From positions 205,734 through 269,733 of the forward strand of contig CAWIBP010000005.1 in the NCBI GenBank assembly GCA_963834415.1: a stretch of 64,000 nucleotides of DNA, written 5' to 3'. Origin of the DNA: an uncultured Actinomycetes bacterium. GTDB lineage: Bacteria; Actinomycetota; Thermoleophilia; Gaiellales; JALYLC01. Both the position numbers and the translations under genes were made by a program. Positions 12,509 to 22,297 of the stretch are shown here, in pieces. The notes beneath the pieces are model-generated. The model was given only the letters and a program-made list of their open reading frames with translations. It was not told where the DNA came from and searched no databases. Position 1 is the first letter of the stretch; every line of letters begins with the position of its first letter.

Positions 12509-13903
12509 TGTGCGGCGTCTTCGGCATCCACGCGCCCGGGCGCGACGTCGCGCGGCTCGCGTACTTCGCGCTCTACGCGCTCCAGCACCGCGGCCAGGAG
12601 AGCGCGGGCATCGCCGTCTCCGACGGCCGCCGGGTGCTCACGGTGCGCGACATGGGGCTCGTCGCGCAGGTCTTCGACGAGGGCAAGCTGCAGGCGCTAC
12701 CCGGCCGCGCGGCGATCGGCCACGCGCGCTACTCGACGACCGGATCGGCGCACTGGATGAACTCGCAGCCGATCGTCGCCCACCGGCCCGGACGCACGGT
12801 TGCGCTGGGGCACAACGGCAACCTCACCAACACGACCGAGCTGCGCGCGGAGCTGATGGAGCAGGGCGTGAAGCTCGGCTCGACCTCCGACACCGAGGTC
12901 ATCTGCGCGCTCATCGCGCATCACCCGGGGTCGCTCGCCGAGGGCGCGGTGCACGCCATGGAGCGCATCCGCGGCGCGTTCTCCGCGGTCGTGCTGAGCG
13001 AGGACACGCTGCTCGCCTTCCGCGATCCCGACGGCATCCGCCCGCTCGTGCTCGGCGACCTCGACGGCTCGCCGGTCGTGGCCTCCGAGACCCCGGCGCT
13101 CGACATCATCGGCGCGACCGTGACCCGCGAGCTGCGGCCCGGCGAGCTCCTGATCTGCGACACGGAGGGCTCGCGCGTGATCCAGGCGGTGCCGCCGCGC
13201 CGCAGCGAGACGATGTGCGTGTTCGAGCACATCTACTTCGCGCGGCCCGACGCCAAGATGGACGGCCAGACGCTGCTACGCCGAGCGCGAGCGCATGGGC
13301 GAGCGGCTCGCGGTCGAGGCACCCGTCGCGGCCGACGTCGTGATCCCGGTGCCCGACTCGGGCACGCCTGCCGCACAGGGCTACGCGCGGGCCTCGGGCC
13401 TGCACTTCGCCGACGGCCTGATCAAGAACCGCTACGTCGGGCGCACGTTCATCCAGCCCGACCAGGCGTTGCGCGACCACGGCGTGCGGCTCAAGTTCAA
13501 CCCGCTGCCGCACGTGATCGCGGGGCAGCGCCTCGTCGTCGTCGACGACTCGATCGTGCGCGGCTCGACGACCCGCAAGATCGTGCAGATGCTGCGCGAT
13601 GCGGGCGCGCTCGAGGTGCACCTGCGCATCTCGGCGCCGCCGATCGTCTCGCCCTGCTACTACGGCATCGACATGGCGGCCAAGGACGAGCTGATCGCCG
13701 CCGGGCGGACGCTCGAGGAGATCCGCGACCACCTCGGCGCCGACTCGCTGGCCTACCTCTCGCTCGAGGGGCTGCAGCTTGCGATCGAGCGTCCCGCCGA
13801 CCGCTTCTGCCGCGCCTGCCTCACGGGCAACTACCCGGTCCCGGTGCCCGAGGCGATCGGCGCCGGCAAGCTGCGCTTCGAGCGCGAGCCCGCGCGGGCA
13901 TGA
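12508..13903 (+). CDS. purF: Amidophosphoribosyltransferase (frameshift near 13275)
   Basis: MCGVFG, LQHRGQESAG, HNGNLTN, CVFEHIYFARPD, VDDSIVRGST, CYYGID, CRAC. Confidence 0.97.
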
Positions 13904-14910
13904 GCGGCGGCCCCGAGCCGCTCTCGTACGAGCAGGCCGGCGTCTCCCTGCACGCGGCCGACGCGATCGTCGAGCGCGTGCGCCGCGCCGTCTCGTCGAC
14001 GCGCACGCCGCGCGTGATCGGCGAGCTCGGCGGCTTCGCCGGCCTGGTCTCGGCCGGCGGCTACCGCGATCCGGTGCTCGTCGCCGGCACCGACGGCGTC
14101 GGCACGAAGCTGATGCTGCAGCGTGACGCCGGTCGCCTGCGCGACTCGGGCATCGACCTCGTCGCGATGTGCGTCAACGACGTGCTCACGTGCGGCGCCG
14201 ACCCGGTGCTGTTCCTCGACTACATCGCCGTCGGCCGGCTCGATCCCGAACGCGTCGCCGACGTCGTCGAGGGCGTCGCGGACGGCTGCCGCCAGGCCGG
14301 CTGTGCGCTGCTCGGTGGCGAGACGGCCGAGCTGCCCGACATGTACGGCGAGGACGATCTCGATCTCGCCGGCTTCGCGCTCGGCATCGTCGAGCGCGAC
14401 GGGCTCGTCGACAGCGCCCGCGTCGCCGAGGGCGACGCGGTGATCGGGCTCGGGGCGAGCGGCGTGCACTCCAACGGCTTCACGCTCGTGCGCCGGCTGC
14501 TCGAGCGCGCCGGGCTCACGCCCGGTGCCGCGCCCGGCGACCTGCTCGCGCCCACGCGCATCTACGCGGCGGCCTCGGCCGCGCTGCGCGCCGCCTGCGA
14601 CGTCCGTGCGATGGCGCACATCACGGGCGGCGGGCTGCCCGGCAACCTCCCGCGTGCGCTGCCCGAGGGCCTCGGCGCGCGCGTCGACGAGGCGCTGTGG
14701 GAGCCGTCCCCCGTGTTCGCCTGGCTCGCGGAGCTGGGCGTCGAGCGCGACGAGATGCGACGCGTCTTCAACGGCGGCCTCGGCTACGTCGCGATCGTGC
14801 CGCCGGCCGAGGCGCCCGCAGCGCTGGCCGCGTGTGCGGCCGCCGGCTATGCGGCCTGGCACGTAGGCGACGTCGTCCCGGGCGAGGGCGTCACCTACAC
14901 GGATCGCTAG
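13900..14910 (+). CDS. purM: AIR synthase
   Basis: YEQAGV, TDGVGTKL, GGETAELP, GVHSNGF, HITGGG, VFNGG. Confidence 0.96.
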   Translation: MSGGPEPLSYEQAGVSLHAADAIVERVRRAVSSTRTPRVIGELGGFAGLVSAGGYRDPVLVAGTDGVGTKLMLQRDAGRLRDSGIDLVAMCVNDVLTCGADPVLFLDYIAVGRLDPERVADVVEGVADGCRQAGCALLGGETAELPDMYGEDDLDLAGFALGIVERDGLVDSARVAEGDAVIGLGASGVHSNGFTLVRRLLERAGLTPGAAPGDLLAPTRIYAAASAALRAACDVRAMAHITGGGLPGNLPRALPEGLGARVDEALWEPSPVFAWLAELGVERDEMRRVFNGGLGYVAIVPPAEAPAALAACAAAGYAAWHVGDVVPGEGVTYTDR

Positions 14911-15509
14911 TGCGGCTCGGCGTGCTCGTCTCGGGCTCGGGCTCGAACCTGGCCGCGCTGATCGAGCAGGTGCACGGGCGCGCGGCGACGATCGCCGCGG
15001 TCTGCTCCAGCAACGCCGCTGCGTATGCACTCGAGCACGCGCGGGCGGCCGGCATCGAGACGGGCGTCTTCGCGCTCGCCGAGCACGGCGGCGAGCGCGC
15101 GCGCCGCGACCGCGCGATGGCCGGCTGGCTCGCCGAGCGTGACGTCGAGCTGGTCGTCTGCGCCGGCTTCATGGGGGTGTTGACGCGCGATTTCCTGGCG
15201 CGTTTCCCCGAGCGCGTGCTCAATCTGCACCCCTCGCTGCTGCCCGCATTCCCGGGCGCGCACGCGATCGACGACGCCCACGCGGCGGGCGTCGCCGAGA
15301 CGGGGGTGACGGTGCATCTCGTGGACGAGGTGCTCGACGGCGGGCCGATCGTCGCCCAGACCCGGGTATCCGTCCACTACGATGAGTCTCCGGAGGGTCT
15401 GCGGGCTCGCATTCATGCGGCTGAGCACCAGCTTCTACCGGCCGTCGTCGAGGACGTCGCCCGTGGCGCCCTCGATCTCGACGACATCGCCAGGAAGGCC
15501 CGCACGTGA
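14910..15509 (+). CDS. purN: GAR formyltransferase
   Basis: VLVSGSGSNL, AGFM, NLHPSLLPAFPG, GVTVHLVDEVLDGGPI. Confidence 0.96.
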   Translation: MRLGVLVSGSGSNLAALIEQVHGRAATIAAVCSSNAAAYALEHARAAGIETGVFALAEHGGERARRDRAMAGWLAERDVELVVCAGFMGVLTRDFLARFPERVLNLHPSLLPAFPGAHAIDDAHAAGVAETGVTVHLVDEVLDGGPIVAQTRVSVHYDESPEGLRARIHAAEHQLLPAVVEDVARGALDLDDIARKART

Positions 15510-17047
15510 CGGTCAAGCGAGCGCTCATCTCGGTCTCGGACAAGACGGGCCTGCTCGAGCTTGCCCAGGGACTGGCGGAGATCGGCGTGGAGCTGATCGC
15601 CACCAGCGGCACCGCGGCGTATCTCGAGGAGCACGATCTCCGCTCGACGCGCGTCGAGGATCTGACCGGCGTCGCGGAGATGCTGGGCGGCCGCGTCAAG
15701 ACGCTGCACCCGAGCGTGCACGGCGCCCTGCTCGCGCGCCCGGACAACGCGAGCGATCAGGCGTCGCTCGCCGAGCACGGGATCGAGCCGATCGACCTCG
15801 TGATCGTCAACCTGTATCCGTTCCGGCACGTCGCGGCCAAGCGCGAGTCGAGCGAGGGCGACATCGTCGAGTCGATCGACGTCGGCGGGCCCGCCATGAT
15901 CCGCGCGGCCGCCAAGAACTTCGCCGCCGTCGCGGTGCTGGTCGACCCCGAGCGCTACGGCTTCGTGCTCGACGAGCTGCGCGAGTCGGCGGGCGACCTC
16001 AGCCTCGACACGCGCCGCGAGCTGGCCGCCGAGGCGTTCGCGCACACCGCGGGCTACGACATCGCGATCGCGAACTGGTTCTCCGACACCGAGTCGTTCC
16101 CCGAGCGGCATCTCGGCGAGCTCGTCAAGGTGACCGACCTCGCCTACGGCGAGAACCCGCACCAGCGCGCGGCCTACTACATGGACGCGGGCGCGCGCCG
16201 CCACCTGCTCTCGATGGTGACGCAGCACGGCGGCAAGCAGCTCTCGTTCAACAACCTGCTCGACCTCGACGCCGCGACCACGCTCGTGCAGGAGTTCACG
16301 GTGCCGGCCTGCGTGATCGTCAAGCACGGGAATCCGTGCGGCTGCGCGCTCGCGGCCTCGCCCGAGGAGGCCTATCGCAAGGCCCTCGCGGCCGACCCGA
16401 TGTCGGCCTTCGGCGGCGTGGTGGCCTTCAACCGCCCGCTCTCGCGCGAGCTCGCAGAGCTCGTCGCGGAGCAGTTCGTCGAGGTGCTGCATGCGCCCGG
16501 CTACGGCGAGGGCGCGATCGAGCTGCTGCGCGAGAAGCTCAAGAACCTGCGGCTGCTGGAGTCCGACGAGCGCCGCCGCCCGACGCCGGGCGAGCGCGAC
16601 TTCCACCGCGTGCTCGGCGGCCTCCTGATCCAGGATCGCGACACGGAGTCGGAGGACCGCGACACGATGCAGGTCGTCGCCGGCCCCGCCCCCACGGAGC
16701 GCGAGTGGGGCGACCTGCTGTTCGCCTGGCGCGTCGTCAAGCACGTGCGCTCGAACGCGATCGTGATCGCGCGCGACACCGCCACGATCGGCGTCGGCGC
16801 CGGGCAGATGTCGCGCGTCGACTCGACCAGGCTCGCGCTCGGCAAGGCGCTCGCGCCGGTCGCCGGCGCGGTGCTCGCGTCCGACGCCTACTTCCCGTTC
16901 GCCGACGGCGTGCAGCTCGCGCTCGAGGCGGGCGCGCGCGTGATCATCGAGCCCGGCGGCTCGAAGGGCGACGCCGATGTGATCGCGGCCGTCGAGGCCG
17001 CGGGCGGCACGCTCGTGTTCACGGGCCGCCGGCACTTCTCGCACTAG
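15506..17047 (+). CDS. purH: Bifunctional AICAR transformylase/IMP cyclohydrolase
   Basis: RALISVSDKTG, GRVKTLHP, YGENPHQ, KHGNPCG, GAGQMSRVDS, TGRRHFSH. Confidence 0.97.
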   Translation: MTVKRALISVSDKTGLLELAQGLAEIGVELIATSGTAAYLEEHDLRSTRVEDLTGVAEMLGGRVKTLHPSVHGALLARPDNASDQASLAEHGIEPIDLVIVNLYPFRHVAAKRESSEGDIVESIDVGGPAMIRAAAKNFAAVAVLVDPERYGFVLDELRESAGDLSLDTRRELAAEAFAHTAGYDIAIANWFSDTESFPERHLGELVKVTDLAYGENPHQRAAYYMDAGARRHLLSMVTQHGGKQLSFNNLLDLDAATTLVQEFTVPACVIVKHGNPCGCALAASPEEAYRKALAADPMSAFGGVVAFNRPLSRELAELVAEQFVEVLHAPGYGEGAIELLREKLKNLRLLESDERRRPTPGERDFHRVLGGLLIQDRDTESEDRDTMQVVAGPAPTEREWGDLLFAWRVVKHVRSNAIVIARDTATIGVGAGQMSRVDSTRLALGKALAPVAGAVLASDAYFPFADGVQLALEAGARVIIEPGGSKGDADVIAAVEAAGGTLVFTGRRHFSH

Positions 17048-17077
17048 ATCAGGACCGGCCGGGATACGATCCCCGCC

Positions 17078-18430
17078 GTGCGCGAGTTCCCTTCGATCCT
17101 CGACCTGGTCGGGCACACGCCGATCATCCGGCTGCCGCAGATGCAGCCCTCCGGCGCGGCCCGCGTGCTCGCGAAGCTCGAGTACCTCAACCCGGGTGGC
17201 TCGATCAAGGACCGCATCGGCCTGCCGATGATCCAGGAGGCCGAGCGCGATGGCCGCCTCAAGCCCGGCGGCACGATCATCGAGGCGACCTCCGGCAACA
17301 CCGGCGTGGGTCTCGCGATGGTCGCGGCCCAGCGCGGCTACCGCTGCGTCTTCGTGATGCCCGACAAGATGTCGCGCGAGAAGATCGCGCTGCTGCGCGC
17401 GTTCGGCGCCGAGGTCGTGGTCTGCCCGACCGAGGTCGAGCCGGAAGATCCGCGCTCCTACTACTCCGTCTCTGCGCGCCTGGCGGCGGAGACCCCGGGC
17501 GCCTTCAACCCGAACCAGTACGCCAACGCGGGCAACCCGCAGGCGCACTACGACAGCACGGGGCCCGAGATCTGGGAGCAGCTCGGCGACGAGCTCGACG
17601 TGCTCGTCGTCGGCGTCGGCACGGGCGGGACGGTGACCGGCACCGGACGCTATCTCAAGGAGCGCAAGCCGGCCCTCGAGATCGTCGGCGCCGACCCGGT
17701 CGGCTCGATCTACTCGACGCCCGAGCCGCACTCCTACCTCGTCGAGGGCGTCGGCGAGGACTTCTGGCCGACGACGTTCGACCGCGACATCGTGGATCGC
17801 TGGTTCCGGGTGTCCGATCGCGAGGCGTTCGCAGCGACGAGGCGCATCGCGCGCCTCGAGGGCATCCTGATCGGCGCGTCCGGCGGCATGGCGCTGCACG
17901 CCGCGCTGCGCGTCGCCCAGGAGCTGCCGCCCGACAAGACCGTGCTCGTCGTGCTGCCCGACGGCGGCCGCGCGTACCTGTCGAAGGTCTTCAACGACGA
18001 CTGGATGCTCGTGCACGGCATGTTCGACGACGCTGCGCGCCCGCCGACCGCCGGCGAGCTCGTGGCCGCGCGCACGGGCGACGTCCCGGCGCTCGTGAGC
18101 GTCGGCTCGCAGCAGCCCGTGGCCGACGCGATCGCGCTGCTGCAGCGCTATGCGGTCTCGCAGCTGCCGGTGATCGACGACGGCGCGGTGCTCGGCTGCG
18201 TGCACGAGCGCACGCTGCTCGACCGCGCGATGCGCGACGGGCGCGGCGCGCTGGAGGCGCCGACCTCCGAGCTGATGAGCGACTCGCTGCCGGTGGTGCA
18301 GGCGATGCGCCGGCTCGACGACGTCTACCACGACCTGCAGTCGAGCCCGGCCGTGCTCGTCTCCGACGGCGCCACGCCGATCGGGGTCCTGACTCGGGCC
18401 GACGTGCTCGAGTGGCTCGCTCACGCCTAG
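17078..18430 (+). CDS. cbs: Cystathionine beta-synthase with C-terminal CBS domains
   Basis: KLEYLNPGGSIKDR, EATSGNTG, GVGTGGT, YLVEGVGEDFWP, PDGGRAYLSKVFND, CBS pair. Confidence 0.93.
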   Translation: MREFPSILDLVGHTPIIRLPQMQPSGAARVLAKLEYLNPGGSIKDRIGLPMIQEAERDGRLKPGGTIIEATSGNTGVGLAMVAAQRGYRCVFVMPDKMSREKIALLRAFGAEVVVCPTEVEPEDPRSYYSVSARLAAETPGAFNPNQYANAGNPQAHYDSTGPEIWEQLGDELDVLVVGVGTGGTVTGTGRYLKERKPALEIVGADPVGSIYSTPEPHSYLVEGVGEDFWPTTFDRDIVDRWFRVSDREAFAATRRIARLEGILIGASGGMALHAALRVAQELPPDKTVLVVLPDGGRAYLSKVFNDDWMLVHGMFDDAARPPTAGELVAARTGDVPALVSVGSQQPVADAIALLQRYAVSQLPVIDDGAVLGCVHERTLLDRAMRDGRGALEAPTSELMSDSLPVVQAMRRLDDVYHDLQSSPAVLVSDGATPIGVLTRADVLEWLAHA

Positions 18431-18432
18431 AT

Positions 18433-19578
18433 ATGCGTGAGATCGCGCTCGTCGCCGCGCGGCGCCACGCCGTCGCGACCCAGCGCTTCGCCGCACGCAG
18501 GCGGCGGGCGAGCATGGACGAGATGGTGGGGACGGTCGAGCGCCTCGGCTGCGTGCAGATCGACTCCATCTCGGTCGTCGACCGCTCGCAGCGGCTCGTG
18601 CTCGCCGCCCGCTGCGGCCGCATTCCGGCGGGCGCGCACGACGCGCTCCTGCGCTCGCGGCGCGTGTTCGAGTACTGGGCGCACGAGGCGTGCCTGCTGC
18701 CGATGCGCGACGAGCCGTACTTCCGGCTCGGCAAGCGCGCCGGCGGCCGCTTCCACCGCTGGTTCGGGCCGATCCTCGCCGAGCATGCCGAGCTCGCGGC
18801 GGAGGTGCTCGCGGTCGCCCGCGAGCGCGGCGAGATCGCCTCGCGCGACTTCGGCGGCGCGGGCAGCGGCTACTGGGAGTGGACGCCGGCCAAGCGCGTG
18901 CTCGACGCGCTGTGGACGTCCGGGCAGCTCGCGATCGCGGGCCGCAAGGGCGTCGAGCGCCGCTATGCGCTGCCCGAGCGCGTCATCCCCGATGCGATCC
19001 TGGGCCTGCCCGACCCGAGCGAGCGGGAGACGCATCGCTGGCAGGTCGAGTCTGCGGTGCGCGCGCGCGGCATCGCGGGCGAGCTGCGCCTGTCCGATTA
19101 CTGGCGCGTTCCCGGCAAGCGCAGGACGATCGCGCCCGCGATCGAGGAGCTCGTCGCCGAAGGCGTGCTCGAGCGGCTGCGCGTGCAGGAGCTCGACGAG
19201 GTCTGGCTCGTGCCCGCCGAGGATGCCGAGCGCGCGCTCGCGGGAGATGCGCGTCCGCGCGGGGCCTTCCTGCTCTCGCCGTTCGACAACGTGCTCTGGG
19301 ATCGCTTCGAGGCCGAGCGGCTGTTCGGCTTCGAGCACCGGCTCGAGATCTACAAGCGCCCGCCGGAGCGGATCTACGGCTACTACGTGCTGCCGCTGCT
19401 CGACGGCGCGGAGATCGTGGGCCGCATCGACCTCAAGACCGACCGCAAGGCGGGTACCCTGCGTGCGCTTGCGGTGCACTGGCAGGGGCGGCCGCGCCCC
19501 CGCGCGCTGCGCGAGGCTCTCGCGCGGCTCGTCCACGTGCTCGGGCTCGAGAGGAGCGAGATCAACGGTGGAGTTTGA
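18433..19578 (+). CDS. YcaQ/AlkZ-like (HTH_42, DUF1006) crosslink DNA glycosylase
   Basis: CVQIDSISVVDRSQ (QxD motif), FEYWAHEAC, LLSPFDN, HRLEIY..P..R.YGYYVLP, GRIDLKTDR. Confidence 0.88.
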   Translation: MREIALVAARRHAVATQRFAARRRRASMDEMVGTVERLGCVQIDSISVVDRSQRLVLAARCGRIPAGAHDALLRSRRVFEYWAHEACLLPMRDEPYFRLGKRAGGRFHRWFGPILAEHAELAAEVLAVARERGEIASRDFGGAGSGYWEWTPAKRVLDALWTSGQLAIAGRKGVERRYALPERVIPDAILGLPDPSERETHRWQVESAVRARGIAGELRLSDYWRVPGKRRTIAPAIEELVAEGVLERLRVQELDEVWLVPAEDAERALAGDARPRGAFLLSPFDNVLWDRFEAERLFGFEHRLEIYKRPPERIYGYYVLPLLDGAEIVGRIDLKTDRKAGTLRALAVHWQGRPRPRALREALARLVHVLGLERSEINGGV

Positions 19579-20711
19579 GACGCGCGCGATCCATGCCGGG
19601 CAGGAGCCCGACCCGCTGACCGGGTCGGTCAACGTCCCGATCTACCAGACCAGCACCTACGCGCAGGACGGCGTGCTGCAGATGCGCGGCGGGCACGACT
19701 ACGCGCGCACGATCAACCCGACGCGCACGGCGCTCGAGGCCTGCCTGGCCGCACTCGAGGGCGCCGAGCACGGCATCTGCTTCTCGTCGGGCATGGGCGC
19801 GACGACGGCGATCATGGAGCTCTTCGCGCCCGGCTCGCGCACCGTCGCGATCAACGACGTGTACGGCGGCACCTATCGCCTCTTCTCGAAGATGTACGCC
19901 CCGAAGGGCTACGGCTACGAGTTCGCCGACCTGACCGACGAGGGCGTCGCGCGCGTCGCGTTCGAGCAGCCCGCGGCGCTGGTCTGGCTGGAGACGCCGT
20001 CGAATCCGCTGCTCAAGGTCGTCGACATCGCAGGCGATCGCCGAGCGCGCGCACGCGGCCGGCGCGCTCGTCGTCGTCGACAACACGTTCGCGAGCCCGT
20101 ACCTGCAGCAGCCGCTCGCGCTCGGCGCCGACATCGTGGTGCACTCGACGACGAAGTACGTGGGCGGCCACTCCGACTCGGTCGGCGGCGCGGTGCTCGT
20201 GAACGACGACGAGCTCGCCGAGCGGCTGCACTTCGTGCAGAACTCGATGGGCGCGGTGCCCGGGCCGTTCGACTGCTTCCTGACGCTGCGCGGCGCGAAG
20301 ACGCTCGCGGTGCGCATGGAGCGCCACTGCGACAACGCCGTCGAGATCGCGCGCTGGCTCGAGCAATCGCCGGCCGTCAGCGAGGTCTTCTACCCTGGCC
20401 TCGAGTCGCACCCCGGCCACGAGACGGCGAAGCGCCAGATGCGGCGCTTCGGCGGCATGATCGCGTTCCGCGTGCACGGCGGCCGGGCGGCGGTGGATGC
20501 CGCGCTCGCGGAGACCGGCGTGTGGACGCTCGGCGAGAGCCTGGGCGGCGTCGAGAGCCTCGTCGAGCACCCGGGCGCGATGACCCACGCCTCGCTGGCG
20601 GGGTCCGGGTTCGAGGTGCCGGACGACCTCATTCGCCTCTCGGTGGGCATCGAGCACCGCGACGACCTCATGCGCGATCTGGCGCAGATGCTCGCGAACG
20701 CGACGCTGTAG
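19568..20711 (+). CDS. metB: Cystathionine gamma-lyase/gamma-synthase (frameshift near 20032)
   Basis: FETRAIHAGQEPD, PIYQTSTY, WLETPSNP, VDNTFASP, HSTTKYVGGHSD, ESLGGVESL. Confidence 0.9.
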
Positions 20712-20717
20712 CTCGGG

Positions 20718-20754
20718 CGCCGTGCAATTGGGGCCAGGCCCCAATTGCACGGCG
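20718..20754. repeat. Perfect 18-bp inverted repeat, REP-like with GGGGCCAGGCCCC core
   Basis: cgccgtgcaattggggcc-a-ggccccaattgcacggcg, 7 nt after the metB stop. Confidence 0.85.
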
Positions 20755-20770
20755 TGGCATCGCCGGCCGG

Positions 20771-20799
20771 CTCAGGCCGCGCGGCCTTCCTGCCGATAC
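20771..20799 (+). promoter_or_regulatory. Putative sigma28/FliA-WhiG-type promoter
   Basis: CTCA-N17-GCCGATAC, 7 nt before the GTG of the GT87 gene. Confidence 0.4.
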
Positions 20800-20806
20800 G
20801 GGGTAC

Positions 20807-21907
20807 GTGGCGCAGGTTGCCCATCCGCGGCCCCTGGCCGGCTCGCTCGCGGCGCTCCGGCGCACCGGCGCACTCGGCGTGCTCGGGCTCGCGCCCGTGC
20901 TGCTCGCGCTGGCCGTGATCGGCGGGGCGATCGGCAACCGCTACGCGTTCGACTTCCATGGGGCGCTCTGGCAGGGCGCGCGCGACGTGCTCGCCGGGCA
21001 CAACCCGTACCCGCCGCCGACCGTCGCCGGCGTCGCCCCGGGCGATCGCTTCGTCTACCCGCCGCCGGTCGCGATCCTCTTCATCCCGCTCGGCGTCCTG
21101 CCGTTCCCGCTCGCGGCCGGGCTGATCACCGTCGTCCTGATCGCGGCGATCGCGGCGACGCTCGCCGTGCTCGGCGTGCGCGACTGGCGGTGCTACGGCG
21201 CCGCATACCTCTCGATCGCCGTGCTGCACGACATCCGCCTCGGCGCGATCACGCCGCTGCTCGCGCTCGGGCTCGCGCTCGTCTGGCGCTGGCGCGGACA
21301 GGTCCGTGCGGCGATCCCGTTCGGGCTGATCGTGATGGCCAAGCTGTTCCTGTGGCCGCTCGGGGTCTGGCTCCTCGCCACGGGGCGGCTGCGCGCCGCC
21401 TGGCGCGGCGCCGCCCTGGCCATCGGGGCCAGCGCGCTCGGCTGGGCCGCGATCGGCTTCGCCGGGCTGGCCGACTACCCGCGGCTGCTCAGCGTGCTGG
21501 CCGAAGAGGAGCAGCACCGCGGCTACTCGCCGGTCGCGGCCGGCATGGCGCTCGGACTCGACGCCACGCTCGCGCGCGCCGCCGCGGTCGCGCTCGGCGC
21601 GGGCCTCGTCGCGCTCTGCTGGCGCGAGGGCCGGCGCGGTTTCGACGAGCGCTCGCTGGCGCTCGCGCTCGCCGCGGCGCTCGTGCTCTCGCCGATCGTC
21701 TGGCTGCACTACTTCGTGCTCCTGCTCGTGCCGATCGCGCTGGCACGGCGGACGTTCGGTGCCGTCTGGCTCGTGCCCGCCCTGTTCTGGATCACGCCCT
21801 ACGAGGAGAACTTCGGGGCGCACTGGCGCATCGCGGTCGGCATCGCGCTCGCCGCGGTGGCGCTCGGCGCGGCCGTGCGCTCACCCACATACGATCCAGC
21901 GCCATGA
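20807..21907 (+). CDS. Glycosyltransferase family 87 (DUF2029) membrane protein
   Basis: DF...W.GA..V..GHNPY, FVYPP, AKLFLWP, SPIVWLHYF; polytopic hydrophobicity. Confidence 0.85.
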   Translation: MAQVAHPRPLAGSLAALRRTGALGVLGLAPVLLALAVIGGAIGNRYAFDFHGALWQGARDVLAGHNPYPPPTVAGVAPGDRFVYPPPVAILFIPLGVLPFPLAAGLITVVLIAAIAATLAVLGVRDWRCYGAAYLSIAVLHDIRLGAITPLLALGLALVWRWRGQVRAAIPFGLIVMAKLFLWPLGVWLLATGRLRAAWRGAALAIGASALGWAAIGFAGLADYPRLLSVLAEEEQHRGYSPVAAGMALGLDATLARAAAVALGAGLVALCWREGRRGFDERSLALALAAALVLSPIVWLHYFVLLLVPIALARRTFGAVWLVPALFWITPYEENFGAHWRIAVGIALAAVALGAAVRSPTYDPAP

Positions 21908-22293
21908 CGCGCTCCTGGAACCCCGCGAGCCCCGCCGGTGCGGGCCTCGACATCCCGTACTCCCCGGCCGCCGTGACGGACGACTTCGTGCACGTCGCCG
22001 GCGTGATCTCGAGCGACGCGAACGGCGAGCTCATCGCCGACGACTTCGCGAGCCAGGCGAAGCGCGCGTTCGGGAATCTCGAGACGATCCTCGCGGCCGC
22101 CGGCTGCACGGCCGCGGACGTCGTGCACATCACGACCTACCTGACGGATCGCGACGACTTCGACGCCTTCAACGAGGCCTTCAGGCAGACGTTCGCGGAT
22201 CCGTTCCCCGCGCGCGTGACGATCCTCGCGCAGCTCATCGCCCCCGGGCTCTCGATCGAGCTGACCGCTGTCGCCGCGCGCCCCCGCGCGTAG
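21904..22293 (+). CDS. RidA/YjgF family protein
   Basis: PYSPA, HVAG, FPARVT, IEL.AVA. Confidence 0.9.
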   Translation: MTRSWNPASPAGAGLDIPYSPAAVTDDFVHVAGVISSDANGELIADDFASQAKRAFGNLETILAAAGCTAADVVHITTYLTDRDDFDAFNEAFRQTFADPFPARVTILAQLIAPGLSIELTAVAARPRA

Positions 22294-22297
22294 GCTC

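Noticed and set aside
15382-21907. Very long alternative ORFs (1398, 1027 and 1156 aa) and apparent fusions such as purF-purM or LLM-FAH
   Set aside because: These are Arg/Ala-rich shadow frames caused by scarce stop codons at high GC, or frame merges caused by indels.
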